This document shows, one piece after another, positions 19,326-29,042 of a DNA stretch of 48,521 nucleotides. The DNA is taken from NCBI GenBank assembly GCA_029936885.1, contig JAPYRR010000005.1, positions 1 to 48,521 of the forward strand, written 5' to 3'. A program made the translations under genes and the position numbers. The stretch's first letter is position 1; the number at the start of each line of letters is the position of its first letter. The notes beneath the pieces are model-generated. The model was not told the DNA's origin. It saw only the letters and a program-made list of their open reading frames with translations, and ran no database searches. The stretch is from Fidelibacterota bacterium (GTDB lineage: Bacteria; Fidelibacterota; Marinisomatia; Marinisomatales; UBA1611).

Positions 19326-22300
19326 GAACCTCTCCCTGAAAAGTGATAAAATTCTTATATCTGTCATCATTAATCGTATTTAATGTGAAAATCAGAGATA
19401 CGGAATGATTTAAATAATACTGAAGTCTCGTATTCGACCGTAGGCCCACTCCAACTGGATTTCCATTCAGCGCTTCAGGTGGAATATGAGTCATTCCATT
19501 TTCTTCTTTCACTGTCGTCCAAGATACCCCAGTCTGCAACCGACCTTTTTTCTGATAGAAAAATCGACCGTCCAATTTTAACCCATAGGCTGTAGATGAA
19601 AATAACTTTCCTTGTTGAATACCAAAATCTGCTCCCCCTACAAACCCAATATCCACATCATAAGAATTGGACGTTTTGAGTAAAAATTTAGTTTCATTCC
19701 ACCAACCTTTAATCTCTCGGTTTCTTAGTTCTGATATTGTCGATTCTACAAATTTCTGCCTGAATTTTGTTTTAGTCTTAAATGAAATCGTTTTTGAAAT
19801 ATTTTGATTGAAATCAAACCCAAATTCTGATAATCGATCTAAATTATTCCCACGTGAATCCATTCCATTCAGTGATTGAGAATAATCAATCCAACCCATG
19901 ACCCTTCTTTTTCCAGAATACAATAGCTCCAGTCTAGAATCCACTCGAGATTTTGTCAAAGATGTGTCTAAGATTTCAGGGGAGATTATTTGATTTAATT
20001 GAAGGTCCAACCCACGGAAATCTATCCGAGTATTAGATCGAACTAAGAGATTAGGAAATCCATTCAATTTCCCAAAATCTATTGTGAATTTTTGTGACCC
20101 TTCCAAAACAGTATTTGGGTGCCTTTGTCCCGTGGGAACGGTGTATGCTATATATGCACCGTTCGGATCAGAGATGTATGTATTAAAAATGGGGTCATAC
20201 CGAAATTGTCCTAATCCAATACCGACAGAATCATAGACGACTGCACGTGTTTCAGTTAATGATTCTTCCGTTTTTGCTTTAATTTCCCATGATATTGGTT
20301 TTTGGGGTTGACGGTAGGATAAAACAATTCGTGCCAGTGAATAATCAAAGGTAGATTTATTCGTTTCAATTGATTTAACTCGTTTTTTAAAAACTATATC
20401 CTGTTTCCATCCACTTTTAGATCGTGACTTTAAATTGAAAAATCCGATGAAATCCCGTGACGCAGACTCCCAAGATTGAGTCTCTCCATAAAATTCATCT
20501 TGACGAAGATGAATTCCAGATTCAAATGCAAAATCTTTTACCTTTATTGATAATCCACCCCCTGAATTATTAAACTGGTTTTTTTCTGCATCCACCTCTT
20601 TCAAGTAGGATATAAAAGGAGAAATGGATTTGGCATTGATCTGTAACCGACCCTGGCTTCGAACAAAATTCCCCTTCACCTGGCTGACAGATAAATAATT
20701 GAAATATGAATCCTTTAAAATGGGTTTTGTCATTCTTTGGTTCAATCTGAAACGTGATCTCTCATTTTGGGGATAGGTCAAATTCGCATATTCGAACTGG
20801 GACGACCCTATTCCATCGACCACTATTTCGGAAGTTAAATTGCTTTGGCGCACGCCTCTTTCTTTGAGAGAATCCAGATTCCAAAATCGTCTTTGCATCA
20901 CATCATTTTCCTGGCCTAAGGACTGATATGCATTGTTCCGGTTCCAATCAGAAAGTGACAGATTCCATAACACGGGACCTATTTCAAGCGAATCAACAGA
21001 AATACCAAATTTATGGGACGCACCCTTATGTAACGCATTGGTTTGATTGATGGAATTTGGATCCAACCCAGACTGATTTAATTGTCCGGAGAAGGTTACA
21101 TTTTTCCCAAGTTTGTATTCACCGCCGATAAATCCAAATTGATGAGATTCCGGGGCATGAATCGTTTGATTAGTACTATATAGATCCAGATTAGGCGCCC
21201 TCTCTGATTCAGGGACATATTCGTAAAAGATTCTGCCCTTGTCCGAAATAAGCCTTTTGTAAGCACCGTTTGGATCAAATCCAAATGTGATAGCAAAACG
21301 TGTGGAGTCGTTTGATAAAAACTCGGGATCATACACAAAAACAGAATCCACAAACACGTAATCTCCATCATCCCTGATAAAGGAATTGAAAATTATAATT
21401 TTTCCCGATTCACTGTCTGACAAGCCATCCCATATATCTTTCGACCAGTCATCCTGCTGGAATTGATCAGATTCCCTGAACATCCCTAAGGAAAGAGTAC
21501 CCTTGGCACCAAATGCTTTTTCAACCATTCCACCAATAAACCCTTTTTGAAATTGAAAATCCGAATATTGATATTCGATAAAAATATCTGAGTCCGAATG
21601 AATCAAAATATTTGGTGTAAAATTGATCTCAGCCATTGAATAATCAATGGTATAATCATGATTGAGACCTCGAGTCAATTCACGACCATCAATCCATACT
21701 TTTTCTGTTCCGGACAAAACAATGATATTTCGATTTCCATCCTTGCCGGTTAATTGATAAGGTCCTTGGTCTCCATCTCTGCCTTTTATTTCACTGGACG
21801 AGAATTTACCCTTGGTTCCGGCATATACGCCCGTCCCTTGCCAACCGTTATACTTAAAGGTATTCTTTAGTCCTACAAGCTTTCTATTAATATTATGAGT
21901 TTTATCAATATTTTTATTGAAATTAATATCCCCTGCATTAATGGCATAATTTGGGTGAGTTACTGTGAGGTAAACTTTGTCTATTTCTTCTAATTCTCGT
22001 GTCGTCCCCTCAGGTTGGATTGGTAGATCCTGATCCGATAAAACACCGCTTACAATGATATTTTTGGCTAATTGTCCATTCAACTGCATTTGCAATCCAC
22101 CGGAAAAATCAGAGCCACCCATAGGTGAGATAGTCAATTGCCTATAAATACTTCCGGATGAAAAAACGGTTGATTCTTGATGGTTAGTTTGAAATAATTG
22201 GGAGGTTGAAGAGGAAAGTTCATCATGTTGTTCAAGATCAAGGATAGGGAATGATTTCCATCTCGGTCCAACTGATAGAGGTAAACCATCCGTTAAATAA

Positions 22301-22566
22301 TCATAAGAGACTATTAACCTTCCTGGACGAACATCTTTTTCATGTAAAAAGACAATCCCATCAATATCGTTTACTTTTTCAACCTCTATCCATCGTCCAT
22401 CCTGATAAAGATTTAATGTGGATTTCAAAATAAAGGAATGGTTTAATTTTAGGGCAGTTTGGTCCTGCCCTAACAGGAGCGTATCAATCGCAGAGGTGAC
22501 CCGGGCATGAATCGAGCAGGTCAATAAGAAAATTAATTTAAGGTAGAGCCTATTTAAATTTTGCAT
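19312..22566 (-). CDS. Very large (1084 aa) predicted outer-membrane protein of unknown function
   Basis: Signal peptide; LSDQDLPIQPEG, GDQGPYQL, EKVWIDG..L.RG...DY.IDY; alternating beta-strand pattern; ends in aromatic F (EVRAHF). Confidence 0.75.
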   Translation of the reverse strand: MQNLNRLYLKLIFLLTCSIHARVTSAIDTLLLGQDQTALKLNHSFILKSTLNLYQDGRWIEVEKVNDIDGIVFLHEKDVRPGRLIVSYDYLTDGLPLSVGPRWKSFPILDLEQHDELSSSTSQLFQTNHQESTVFSSGSIYRQLTISPMGGSDFSGGLQMQLNGQLAKNIIVSGVLSDQDLPIQPEGTTRELEEIDKVYLTVTHPNYAINAGDINFNKNIDKTHNINRKLVGLKNTFKYNGWQGTGVYAGTKGKFSSSEIKGRDGDQGPYQLTGKDGNRNIIVLSGTEKVWIDGRELTRGLNHDYTIDYSMAEINFTPNILIHSDSDIFIEYQYSDFQFQKGFIGGMVEKAFGAKGTLSLGMFRESDQFQQDDWSKDIWDGLSDSESGKIIIFNSFIRDDGDYVFVDSVFVYDPEFLSNDSTRFAITFGFDPNGAYKRLISDKGRIFYEYVPESERAPNLDLYSTNQTIHAPESHQFGFIGGEYKLGKNVTFSGQLNQSGLDPNSINQTNALHKGASHKFGISVDSLEIGPVLWNLSLSDWNRNNAYQSLGQENDVMQRRFWNLDSLKERGVRQSNLTSEIVVDGIGSSQFEYANLTYPQNERSRFRLNQRMTKPILKDSYFNYLSVSQVKGNFVRSQGRLQINAKSISPFISYLKEVDAEKNQFNNSGGGLSIKVKDFAFESGIHLRQDEFYGETQSWESASRDFIGFFNLKSRSKSGWKQDIVFKKRVKSIETNKSTFDYSLARIVLSYRQPQKPISWEIKAKTEESLTETRAVVYDSVGIGLGQFRYDPIFNTYISDPNGAYIAYTVPTGQRHPNTVLEGSQKFTIDFGKLNGFPNLLVRSNTRIDFRGLDLQLNQIISPEILDTSLTKSRVDSRLELLYSGKRRVMGWIDYSQSLNGMDSRGNNLDRLSEFGFDFNQNISKTISFKTKTKFRQKFVESTISELRNREIKGWWNETKFLLKTSNSYDVDIGFVGGADFGIQQGKLFSSTAYGLKLDGRFFYQKKGRLQTGVSWTTVKEENGMTHIPPEALNGNPVGVGLRSNTRLQYYLNHSVSLIFTLNTINDDRYKNFITFQGEVRAHF

Positions 22567-23398
22567 TCAAAATCAGGATATGATCCTGGGATAAAACAGC
22601 CAATGATCTATTCATCGTCGCCACATCAATGACGGGTACACTGGCACCGGGGATGGATACCATTTCCTGAGATTTGACAGACATACCTTTTCCTAGTTTG
22701 TTAAATACAAACCAACTACCCCTTATGGGAGTTAAAAATTCCGCATTAATAATTCCAGATGGATATGAATTTTGTTTTTGTCCTAATCGATTAAAAAAAT
22801 GAACTTCCCCATCAGCGCTTAATATTCCCAGATCGCCATCTTGATTGATGCTCATATCCTTCATATGGATTGTCTTTTCGAATTCTCTGGATAAATTAAT
22901 GAATGGTTGCTCAAGCAATGATCCATTTTCAAAAATAAAAATACTATTGTAAGTGCGTGAATAAAGAAAAAGCCTTCCCCAAGGGTCTAATGTTGCATTT
23001 TCTGGAAAAATACGAGGTTCAATTTTTTCAGTTTTGACTGGATTCAACCGAAAATCCAAATGGGAGATCAAATTTTCAATTCGGTCCAGCACCCAAATTC
23101 CTTCGGGTGAAATTCCCATCCACACTAGGTCGCCATATGTATGCCCACCTTGACCAAGTCCGCCTGCAAGTGTCACATCGCCAAAGGTTCCCAATTCAAT
23201 CATTTCTCTTTGGTTCTGATCGAGCAATAAAAAACGGTTCGCAATTGACCAGCTCAAAACAGTGGGCTCTATATCTAATAGAGATATTTTATCGGGGAAC
23301 GGACGGTATTCTAATATAGATAATGAAACTTGACCAAAAATCAAGCTTGTTAAAAAATAGACGATTAATAAAATGAATTTATGCAGAGTCCGGATCAT
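22550..23398 (-). CDS. Exported hypothetical protein, probable beta-propeller (NHL/6-bladed-like)
   Basis: Signal peptide; repeated blade-like motifs (GIWVLD, DPWGRLFL, NQDGDLGIL). Confidence 0.6.
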   Translation of the reverse strand: MIRTLHKFILLIVYFLTSLIFGQVSLSILEYRPFPDKISLLDIEPTVLSWSIANRFLLLDQNQREMIELGTFGDVTLAGGLGQGGHTYGDLVWMGISPEGIWVLDRIENLISHLDFRLNPVKTEKIEPRIFPENATLDPWGRLFLYSRTYNSIFIFENGSLLEQPFINLSREFEKTIHMKDMSINQDGDLGILSADGEVHFFNRLGQKQNSYPSGIINAEFLTPIRGSWFVFNKLGKGMSVKSQEMVSIPGASVPVIDVATMNRSLAVLSQDHILILNAKFK

Positions 23399-24197
23399 GT
23401 TTAGAGATAGAGTTTAATAGAAAATAAGTACCAATCAAAATCATAAATACCGAAATAACTTGAGATCCAGAAAATAGGTCAAATAGATATTTCTCATTCG
23501 TACGAATGAATTCAATTGTAAATCGTTCAACTCCTGCAAGGATCAAATATGAAAAGAATAAACTTCCAGCGATTTTCACATTATTTCGACGGGACCAAAG
23601 AAAATAGAAGATTGCTACCGCTGCCGAGAACTCGTACAACTGTGTTGGATGTACAGACAAAACACCGGGAGCAAACCCTGAAATATCAATCCAAGGGTAA
23701 TAGACGGAAAAAACTTGAGATGTACTGGGTGGTAATCCATTTGGAAAAGATACTGCCCAAGGTAAGGATGTTGGAATACCGTAATCATCACCCACGAGAA
23801 AACATCCCAATCTCCCAATTCCATATCCTAAAATCAACAAAGGTGCCACAATATCCGCGAATGTAAGCCATTGTAAATTATTTTTTCTTAAAACCATTGT
23901 CACGGCTAGAGTACCACCCATCAATCCCCCAAGGAAAACTAAACCAGACCCGCTAAAAATCATGCCAACGGGATCCTGAATCACATCTCCTAAATTTTCT
24001 AGCAAATAATATATTTTAGATCCTAAAACACCTCCGATCGCTGCCCAAAATATCATATCAGACGCTAATTTTTCATCATGGCCTAATTTCTTCAAATCAT
24101 GGTTGAGTAAGAAATATGTTGTATAGAAAGCCACAACGAGCATAAAACCAAATGAATAAATCGTGATAGGACCAATCTCTAATAAAACCGGATACAT
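23379..24197 (-). CDS. lgt: Prolipoprotein diacylglyceryl transferase
   Basis: MYPVL..GP..IYSFG start (24197), GLVFLGG, GRLGCFL.GDDYG, HPTQLYE, RF.IEF.R. Confidence 0.95.
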   Translation of the reverse strand: MYPVLLEIGPITIYSFGFMLVVAFYTTYFLLNHDLKKLGHDEKLASDMIFWAAIGGVLGSKIYYLLENLGDVIQDPVGMIFSGSGLVFLGGLMGGTLAVTMVLRKNNLQWLTFADIVAPLLILGYGIGRLGCFLVGDDYGIPTSLPWAVSFPNGLPPSTSQVFSVYYPWIDISGFAPGVLSVHPTQLYEFSAAVAIFYFLWSRRNNVKIAGSLFFSYLILAGVERFTIEFIRTNEKYLFDLFSGSQVISVFMILIGTYFLLNSISKHDPDSA

Positions 24198-25015
24198 TAT
24201 ATTTTTTCTCCACACTCAGGACAGAATTTGTCTAATTCGCTCAATTTATTTCCGCAATTTAAACAGTTTAAATTACGAGCCTTTCCATTTTGATAATAGT
24301 TCAATACTAGCATGGTGAATAAGGTAACAACTGCTAGTGCAATCATCGGTTCCCAAATATAAAGACTATGACGCTTAATTTTTTGGGGTGGTATTTCAAC
24401 CTGAACGTCTGGCTGAGATAATTTCATAAGTTCATTCAAAGTACTTCTTGTTGTTAAGCCACGAGTATTCATGTAAGAAAAAGTAATCATATGAACATTA
24501 TTTTGTGGAATATTTGTCCATTGAATTGAGTGAATTGTTTGTCCATGTGCATCCTGAGAAGATTCTCCCTTAAATCCCGTGTATTCAAAATTCTCTGCTG
24601 CAAGGGGTTCCTGAATCTCAAAATCTAATTCTATAACTGTTTCAGAAAATGAGAGTTCATATTCAAAATATCGATTGCCAGGTTCCGGAAATTTTGTTGA
24701 ATTAATCATAAAAGCAAATTCATCTAATCCCTTCGGGACTTCCACCCAATTTAACCCCTTTATGAATCGAGTCGAGATGAGGACAAATTCCAATTCACCC
24801 TTCGGATTAGTCTTAATCTGAGAAACAGAATCCACATCGGATGGTACTGTAAAAAGGAATGTATTATTTTGTGTTACACTTTCTCGGTGACCGCTGAACA
24901 ATATTGTAACCATATTTTGGTCATATTCAGGAATAATGGACATACGGCCATGATTCAAATCTCCAAATAGGCGAACGGCTCCAATTATAAATATTAAAAA
25001 AGTGGAAAATCTCAT
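24197..25015 (-). CDS. Membrane protein with exported N-terminal domain, one TM and C-terminal zinc ribbon
   Basis: Signal peptide, TM near residues 225-240, C-terminal CLNCG..LSELDKFCPECGEK. Confidence 0.75.
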   Translation of the reverse strand: MRFSTFLIFIIGAVRLFGDLNHGRMSIIPEYDQNMVTILFSGHRESVTQNNTFLFTVPSDVDSVSQIKTNPKGELEFVLISTRFIKGLNWVEVPKGLDEFAFMINSTKFPEPGNRYFEYELSFSETVIELDFEIQEPLAAENFEYTGFKGESSQDAHGQTIHSIQWTNIPQNNVHMITFSYMNTRGLTTRSTLNELMKLSQPDVQVEIPPQKIKRHSLYIWEPMIALAVVTLFTMLVLNYYQNGKARNLNCLNCGNKLSELDKFCPECGEKI

Positions 25016-25038
25016 GGTAAAATTTATAGAGAGAAATC

Positions 25039-25749
25039 CTATTGTGTGGTCATTCTTGTAAGTACTATGAGATCATAAATGGCATGTGACCAAGCTGTGA
25101 TTCCAAATCCACGTAGAAAATAAAGTGTCCCCAATGCCATTCCTGCAAGAAACCGAATCATAAAAATATTAAATGAAAAAAAGTCACCGTATTCACCAAT
25201 AAAATGAAATGATGAAAAAATACCCGCAGCAATTATCATGGCAGACCAGTTTTTAGTTTTTTCTGACCATTGGAAAATGAATCCTAATATAGCAGATATC
25301 CCCGCAATCAACAATACTCGAAATAAAAATTCTTCATAGATTCCAGCTCCCACGGCAAGTGTTACTTGTTGAACTAACATAGAGCCCGTTGGATTCATCA
25401 ACAGTAAATAAACATTGGTCATGAAGAAATAGATCATCACCGACCATACAACACTCTCCCCCATCATCAGTAAAAGATAATCGCCATGAATTTGTGTTTC
25501 TTTCCAATACTTGCGCTGGAGAATAAATGTAATGATAAAACCAATAAAAAATATTCCTCCAATCCAATAATGCCCGGACACACCAAATATTTCCAGGATT
25601 TGTCGCATCAATGCATCGGCGCCATTTCGTAGAACGAGCATATCATCAGATGATGTAAGGAGAATCCCAATCTCGTAAATAAGAAATAACGGGATGGTAA
25701 AAAGAAAGCTATAAAGTGGAGAGGTTGTGGACCGCCAGTAAGAGTTCAT
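25039..25749 (-). CDS. CPBP (CAAX protease/Abi) intramembrane glutamic endopeptidase
   Basis: EEFLFR, FSSFH, H..YD motifs in a multi-TM protein. Confidence 0.85.
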   Translation of the reverse strand: MNSYWRSTTSPLYSFLFTIPLFLIYEIGILLTSSDDMLVLRNGADALMRQILEIFGVSGHYWIGGIFFIGFIITFILQRKYWKETQIHGDYLLLMMGESVVWSVMIYFFMTNVYLLLMNPTGSMLVQQVTLAVGAGIYEEFLFRVLLIAGISAILGFIFQWSEKTKNWSAMIIAAGIFSSFHFIGEYGDFFSFNIFMIRFLAGMALGTLYFLRGFGITAWSHAIYDLIVLTRMTTQ

Positions 25750-25753
25750 TAAA

Positions 25754-27556
25754 TCAGTCGTTATCTACCTGTAAAACGGCTAAAAGTGCTTCCTGTGGGA
25801 CTTCCACCTTACCGATCATTTTCATGCGTTTTTTGCCCTTCTTTTGCTTTTCCCAGAGCTTGCGTTTCCGCGTGATATCCCCTCCATAACATTTTGCAGT
25901 CACATTTTTTTTGATAGCTTTTATAGTCGTACGTGCTATGATTCGATTATTTAAGGCTGCTTGGATAGCCACTTCGAACATTTGTCTCGGAATCAATTCT
26001 TTCAATTTGCTGCATAAGGCTACCCCACGTTGATAAGCATCGTCCGCGTGACAAATGGTGGACAATGCATCTACCGGTTCGCTGTGAATTAGGATATCCA
26101 ATTTTTGTAGTTGAGCTTTTTCAAATTTTTTGAATTCATAGTCAAAAGATGCATACCCACTGGAAATGGATTTGAGCTTATCATAATAATCAAAAATGAT
26201 CTCGCCTAAAGGCAGATCATAATGGAGTTGGGCTTTTTCCGGGGAGAGATACTGGGTATTTTTATAAATTCCACGTTTTTTCTGGCACAAGGTCATGATG
26301 CTGCCAATATATTTTTTGGGCGTTAAAATTTCTGCCGAAACAATTGGCTCTAGGATTGCTTCAATATCCCCGATTGGTGGCATTTTTGCCGGTGTTTCAA
26401 CTTGCACTCTTTCCCCACTCCGTAATAATACCTGGTAAACAACATTGGGTGTGGTGCTAACCAATTCCAAATCAAATTCCCGTTCCAACCGCTCTTGAAT
26501 GATTTCCATGTGAAGTAATCCCAAAAATCCGCAGCGAAATCCGAAGCCTAATGCCTGACTCGTTTCCGGTGTGAATTCTAAAGAAGCATCGTTCAGCTGG
26601 AGTTTTTCTAAGGCTTGTCGCAATTGGTCATAATCGTCACCATCTGCTGGGTAAAGTCCTGAATAAACCATGGGTTTAATCTTTTTATATCCAGGTAATT
26701 GTACGTCGGCTTTATTTTCCTTAACCGTGATGGTATCACCCGGTTGGATATGGCTCATATCCCGAATACTAGCTACAACATAACCCACATCCCCCGCTCG
26801 AAGTTCTTTTGTTTTTACTTTTTCTAGAATAAAATGACCGGTTTCTGTAATCTCATATTCACGATCATGTGCAAAGAATTGTGCAGTCATCCCTTTTCTT
26901 ATTACACCGTCAAAAACACGGACATAAGGAATGGCTCCTTTATAATTATCATACATGGAATCAAAGATTAGTGCCCGGGATTTTTCACCTGAATTATCTT
27001 TTGGTGGCTCGATTCTATCTATAATGGCATTAAATATATCTTGGATACCAATCCCGCTTTTTGAACTGGCTTCGATGATCTCACTCTCATCACAACCGAT
27101 CAATTCCATCATCTGTATTTTCACATCATCCACCATGGCGGATTGGAGATCTACCTTATTAATAATTGGGATCAACGTGAGGTTATTTTCGATGGCGAGA
27201 TAAGTATTGGACACGGTTTGTGCTTCCACGCCCTGGGCTGCATCCACCAAAAGCAGTGCACCTTCACAGGCAGCCAAAGAACGAGATACTTCATAGGAAA
27301 AATCTACATGGCCCGGTGTGTCAATCAGATTCAAGATATAGGATTGTCCATCCGTGTGTTCGTATTCCATACGGATAGGATGGCTTTTGATGGTGATACC
27401 TCGTTCCCGTTCCAGGTCCATACTGTCCAGAACTTGGGCTTTCATCTCTTTTTTGGGCACGGTATTTGTTTCTTCCAACAAGCGATCAGCGAGAGTGGAT
27501 TTCCCGTGATCAATATGGGCAATAATACAAAAGTTTCGGATGTGAGCCGTTTTCAT
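25754..27556 (-). CDS. lepA: Translation elongation factor 4
   Basis: IAHIDHGKSTLADR, DTPGHVDF, GFRCGFLGLLH, KCYGGDITRKRKL. Confidence 0.98.
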   Translation of the reverse strand: MKTAHIRNFCIIAHIDHGKSTLADRLLEETNTVPKKEMKAQVLDSMDLERERGITIKSHPIRMEYEHTDGQSYILNLIDTPGHVDFSYEVSRSLAACEGALLLVDAAQGVEAQTVSNTYLAIENNLTLIPIINKVDLQSAMVDDVKIQMMELIGCDESEIIEASSKSGIGIQDIFNAIIDRIEPPKDNSGEKSRALIFDSMYDNYKGAIPYVRVFDGVIRKGMTAQFFAHDREYEITETGHFILEKVKTKELRAGDVGYVVASIRDMSHIQPGDTITVKENKADVQLPGYKKIKPMVYSGLYPADGDDYDQLRQALEKLQLNDASLEFTPETSQALGFGFRCGFLGLLHMEIIQERLEREFDLELVSTTPNVVYQVLLRSGERVQVETPAKMPPIGDIEAILEPIVSAEILTPKKYIGSIMTLCQKKRGIYKNTQYLSPEKAQLHYDLPLGEIIFDYYDKLKSISSGYASFDYEFKKFEKAQLQKLDILIHSEPVDALSTICHADDAYQRGVALCSKLKELIPRQMFEVAIQAALNNRIIARTTIKAIKKNVTAKCYGGDITRKRKLWEKQKKGKKRMKMIGKVEVPQEALLAVLQVDND

Positions 27557-27706
27557 CCGTTGAAACTACAGAGCAATGATGTTGGTTTATAAAGAGAAAA
27601 TAAATCTTTCCACCCAATCCTCTATTACTATCGTTATAAAGGAATGAGTGGTCTAATACAAATCATTGAAAAGAAAATATCTTTTGTAGGGTTATAATAA
27701 TAATTC

Positions 27707-27734
27707 TGGATTCATAATCAAGTCAGGAATGACA
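27707..27734 (-). repeat. Solo REP-like palindromic repeat of the same family as those flanking the GIY-YIG gene
   Basis: Reverse complement TGTCATTCCTGACTTGATTATGAATCCA: GTCAT head, GACTT.AT core, ATCCA tail; lies 6 nt after a stop codon. Confidence 0.65.
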
Positions 27735-27740
27735 AAAAGA

Positions 27741-28103
27741 TTAAATTCGTTTCAAGAGTTCCTTCTTTTTCTTTTGGTACTCTTCTTCGGTAATGAGTCC
27801 CTTCTCTTTCAATTCGGCCAATTTTTCAATCTCTTCAATGATCTGCAAGACATTCTTGTGTTTATCATCGTTGTCTTTATGATCTTTCACAATCACCACA
27901 CGTTGGTGATATCCACAATCGTGCCACATGTGGTCCCAGCGATTCCAATGCCAATTAACACCAAGATAGACTTGTGGCCTGTGATGATTTGTAACATGAT
28001 GAACTTTATGTTTTTTAGGTTTGTGTGTTTTTTGGCGCTTGTGGCTCGGATAGGCCAAGGATAAAAGAAAAATGAATAATAATAAGATCTTTAAATGTTT
28101 CAT
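27741..28103 (-). CDS. Small exported His/Lys-rich protein with C-terminal SHOCT domain
   Basis: GGAG RBS, signal peptide, EIEKLAELKEKGLITEEEYQKKKKELL SHOCT motif. Confidence 0.8.
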   Translation of the reverse strand: MKHLKILLLFIFLLSLAYPSHKRQKTHKPKKHKVHHVTNHHRPQVYLGVNWHWNRWDHMWHDCGYHQRVVIVKDHKDNDDKHKNVLQIIEEIEKLAELKEKGLITEEEYQKKKKELLKRI

Positions 28104-28162
28104 CTGTTTACTCCATTAAAAGTGTTACCAAGAATGACACATCTAATCCCAGAAAAGTTAAA

Positions 28163-28858
28163 TCAATATTTAATATCATCTCTGCCAACCGATTTACCGA
28201 TATGACCAACCTTATTCCCCATGGTATAAAATTCTCCGCTCCCGGCAGTCATACCAAAAAATGGAACGTTTGGAACAATGAGCCTGCCATTCTCATCACA
28301 AACACCATCCAGTACAGTCGTTGCAACTACATCGGCGAAGAAAACGGTTCGGTGTGGCGGCAAGTCAATCGTATTTATAATTCTGCATTCCAACTGGATT
28401 GGCGCCTCCGCAACAGTGGGCGCATCCACCACCACCGCTTTCCCTTCTGTAAGTTTCGACAGAGCAAATTTATCCATCACTTTACTGGAATTCATGTCCA
28501 CCCTATCAAAAGCATCCACCATGTCCGACGTCGGTACGTTCAAAACAAACTCTTGATACATTTTTATTAAGTCTCCAGCAATATGATAATCCGCTACGCT
28601 GATCCCAATTTGGGGCGGTTTTCCCTCCAGCACAAAAGTCCAGACGACCGAGATTTCTTGCGGATTACCAGGTTTTCCTTTCACGGTTAACAATATAGCG
28701 GGCACAGGGGGAATCATGGGTCCGTTCTCTGAAAGTCTTCTACGTTTCCCATTTTTAAAATCCGGGGAGATTGAATTCGGTTTGCTAGCCCATCCCAAAC
28801 CCGACATGAGTACAGGAAAAATAGTTTTTTTAATAAAAATGCGACGATTCACCGGCAA
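28163..28858 (-). CDS. Flavin reductase-like (flavoredoxin/DIM6-NTAB) FMN-binding protein with twin-arginine-like leader
   Basis: PVPAILLT, PPQIGISV, EFVLNVP, AP.VAEAPIQLEC; N-terminal NRRIFIK. Confidence 0.8.
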   Translation of the reverse strand: MPVNRRIFIKKTIFPVLMSGLGWASKPNSISPDFKNGKRRRLSENGPMIPPVPAILLTVKGKPGNPQEISVVWTFVLEGKPPQIGISVADYHIAGDLIKMYQEFVLNVPTSDMVDAFDRVDMNSSKVMDKFALSKLTEGKAVVVDAPTVAEAPIQLECRIINTIDLPPHRTVFFADVVATTVLDGVCDENGRLIVPNVPFFGMTAGSGEFYTMGNKVGHIGKSVGRDDIKY

Positions 28859-28866
28859 TTCCTTAA

Positions 28867-29001
28867 TTAAAAAATTATCTCTTTGTTGAATATATTATTC
28901 GCTTCATCTGCACGGTAGCCCCAATCCGGGTTTCCATCATCCCCGTCATAATAGTTTTCTATTATACCAATGTCTCCATCATCTAAGATTTCGGATAAAT
29001 T
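28867..29001 (-). pseudogene. Possible 3' remnant of a deleted gene (44 codons, no start)
   Basis: Open frame NLSEILDDGDIGIIENYYDGDDGNPDWGYRADEANNIFNKEIIF* preceded by an in-frame TAA; protein-like composition. Confidence 0.35.
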
Positions 29002-29042
29002 TTAATCAATATCGACTTGTTGCCTTAAATGAGAAAATGAAG

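Noticed and set aside
25039-25749. CPBP/Abi protein and SLOG protein (31343..31804) as anti-phage defence genes
   Set aside because: Both are embedded in housekeeping operons with no defence-island context.
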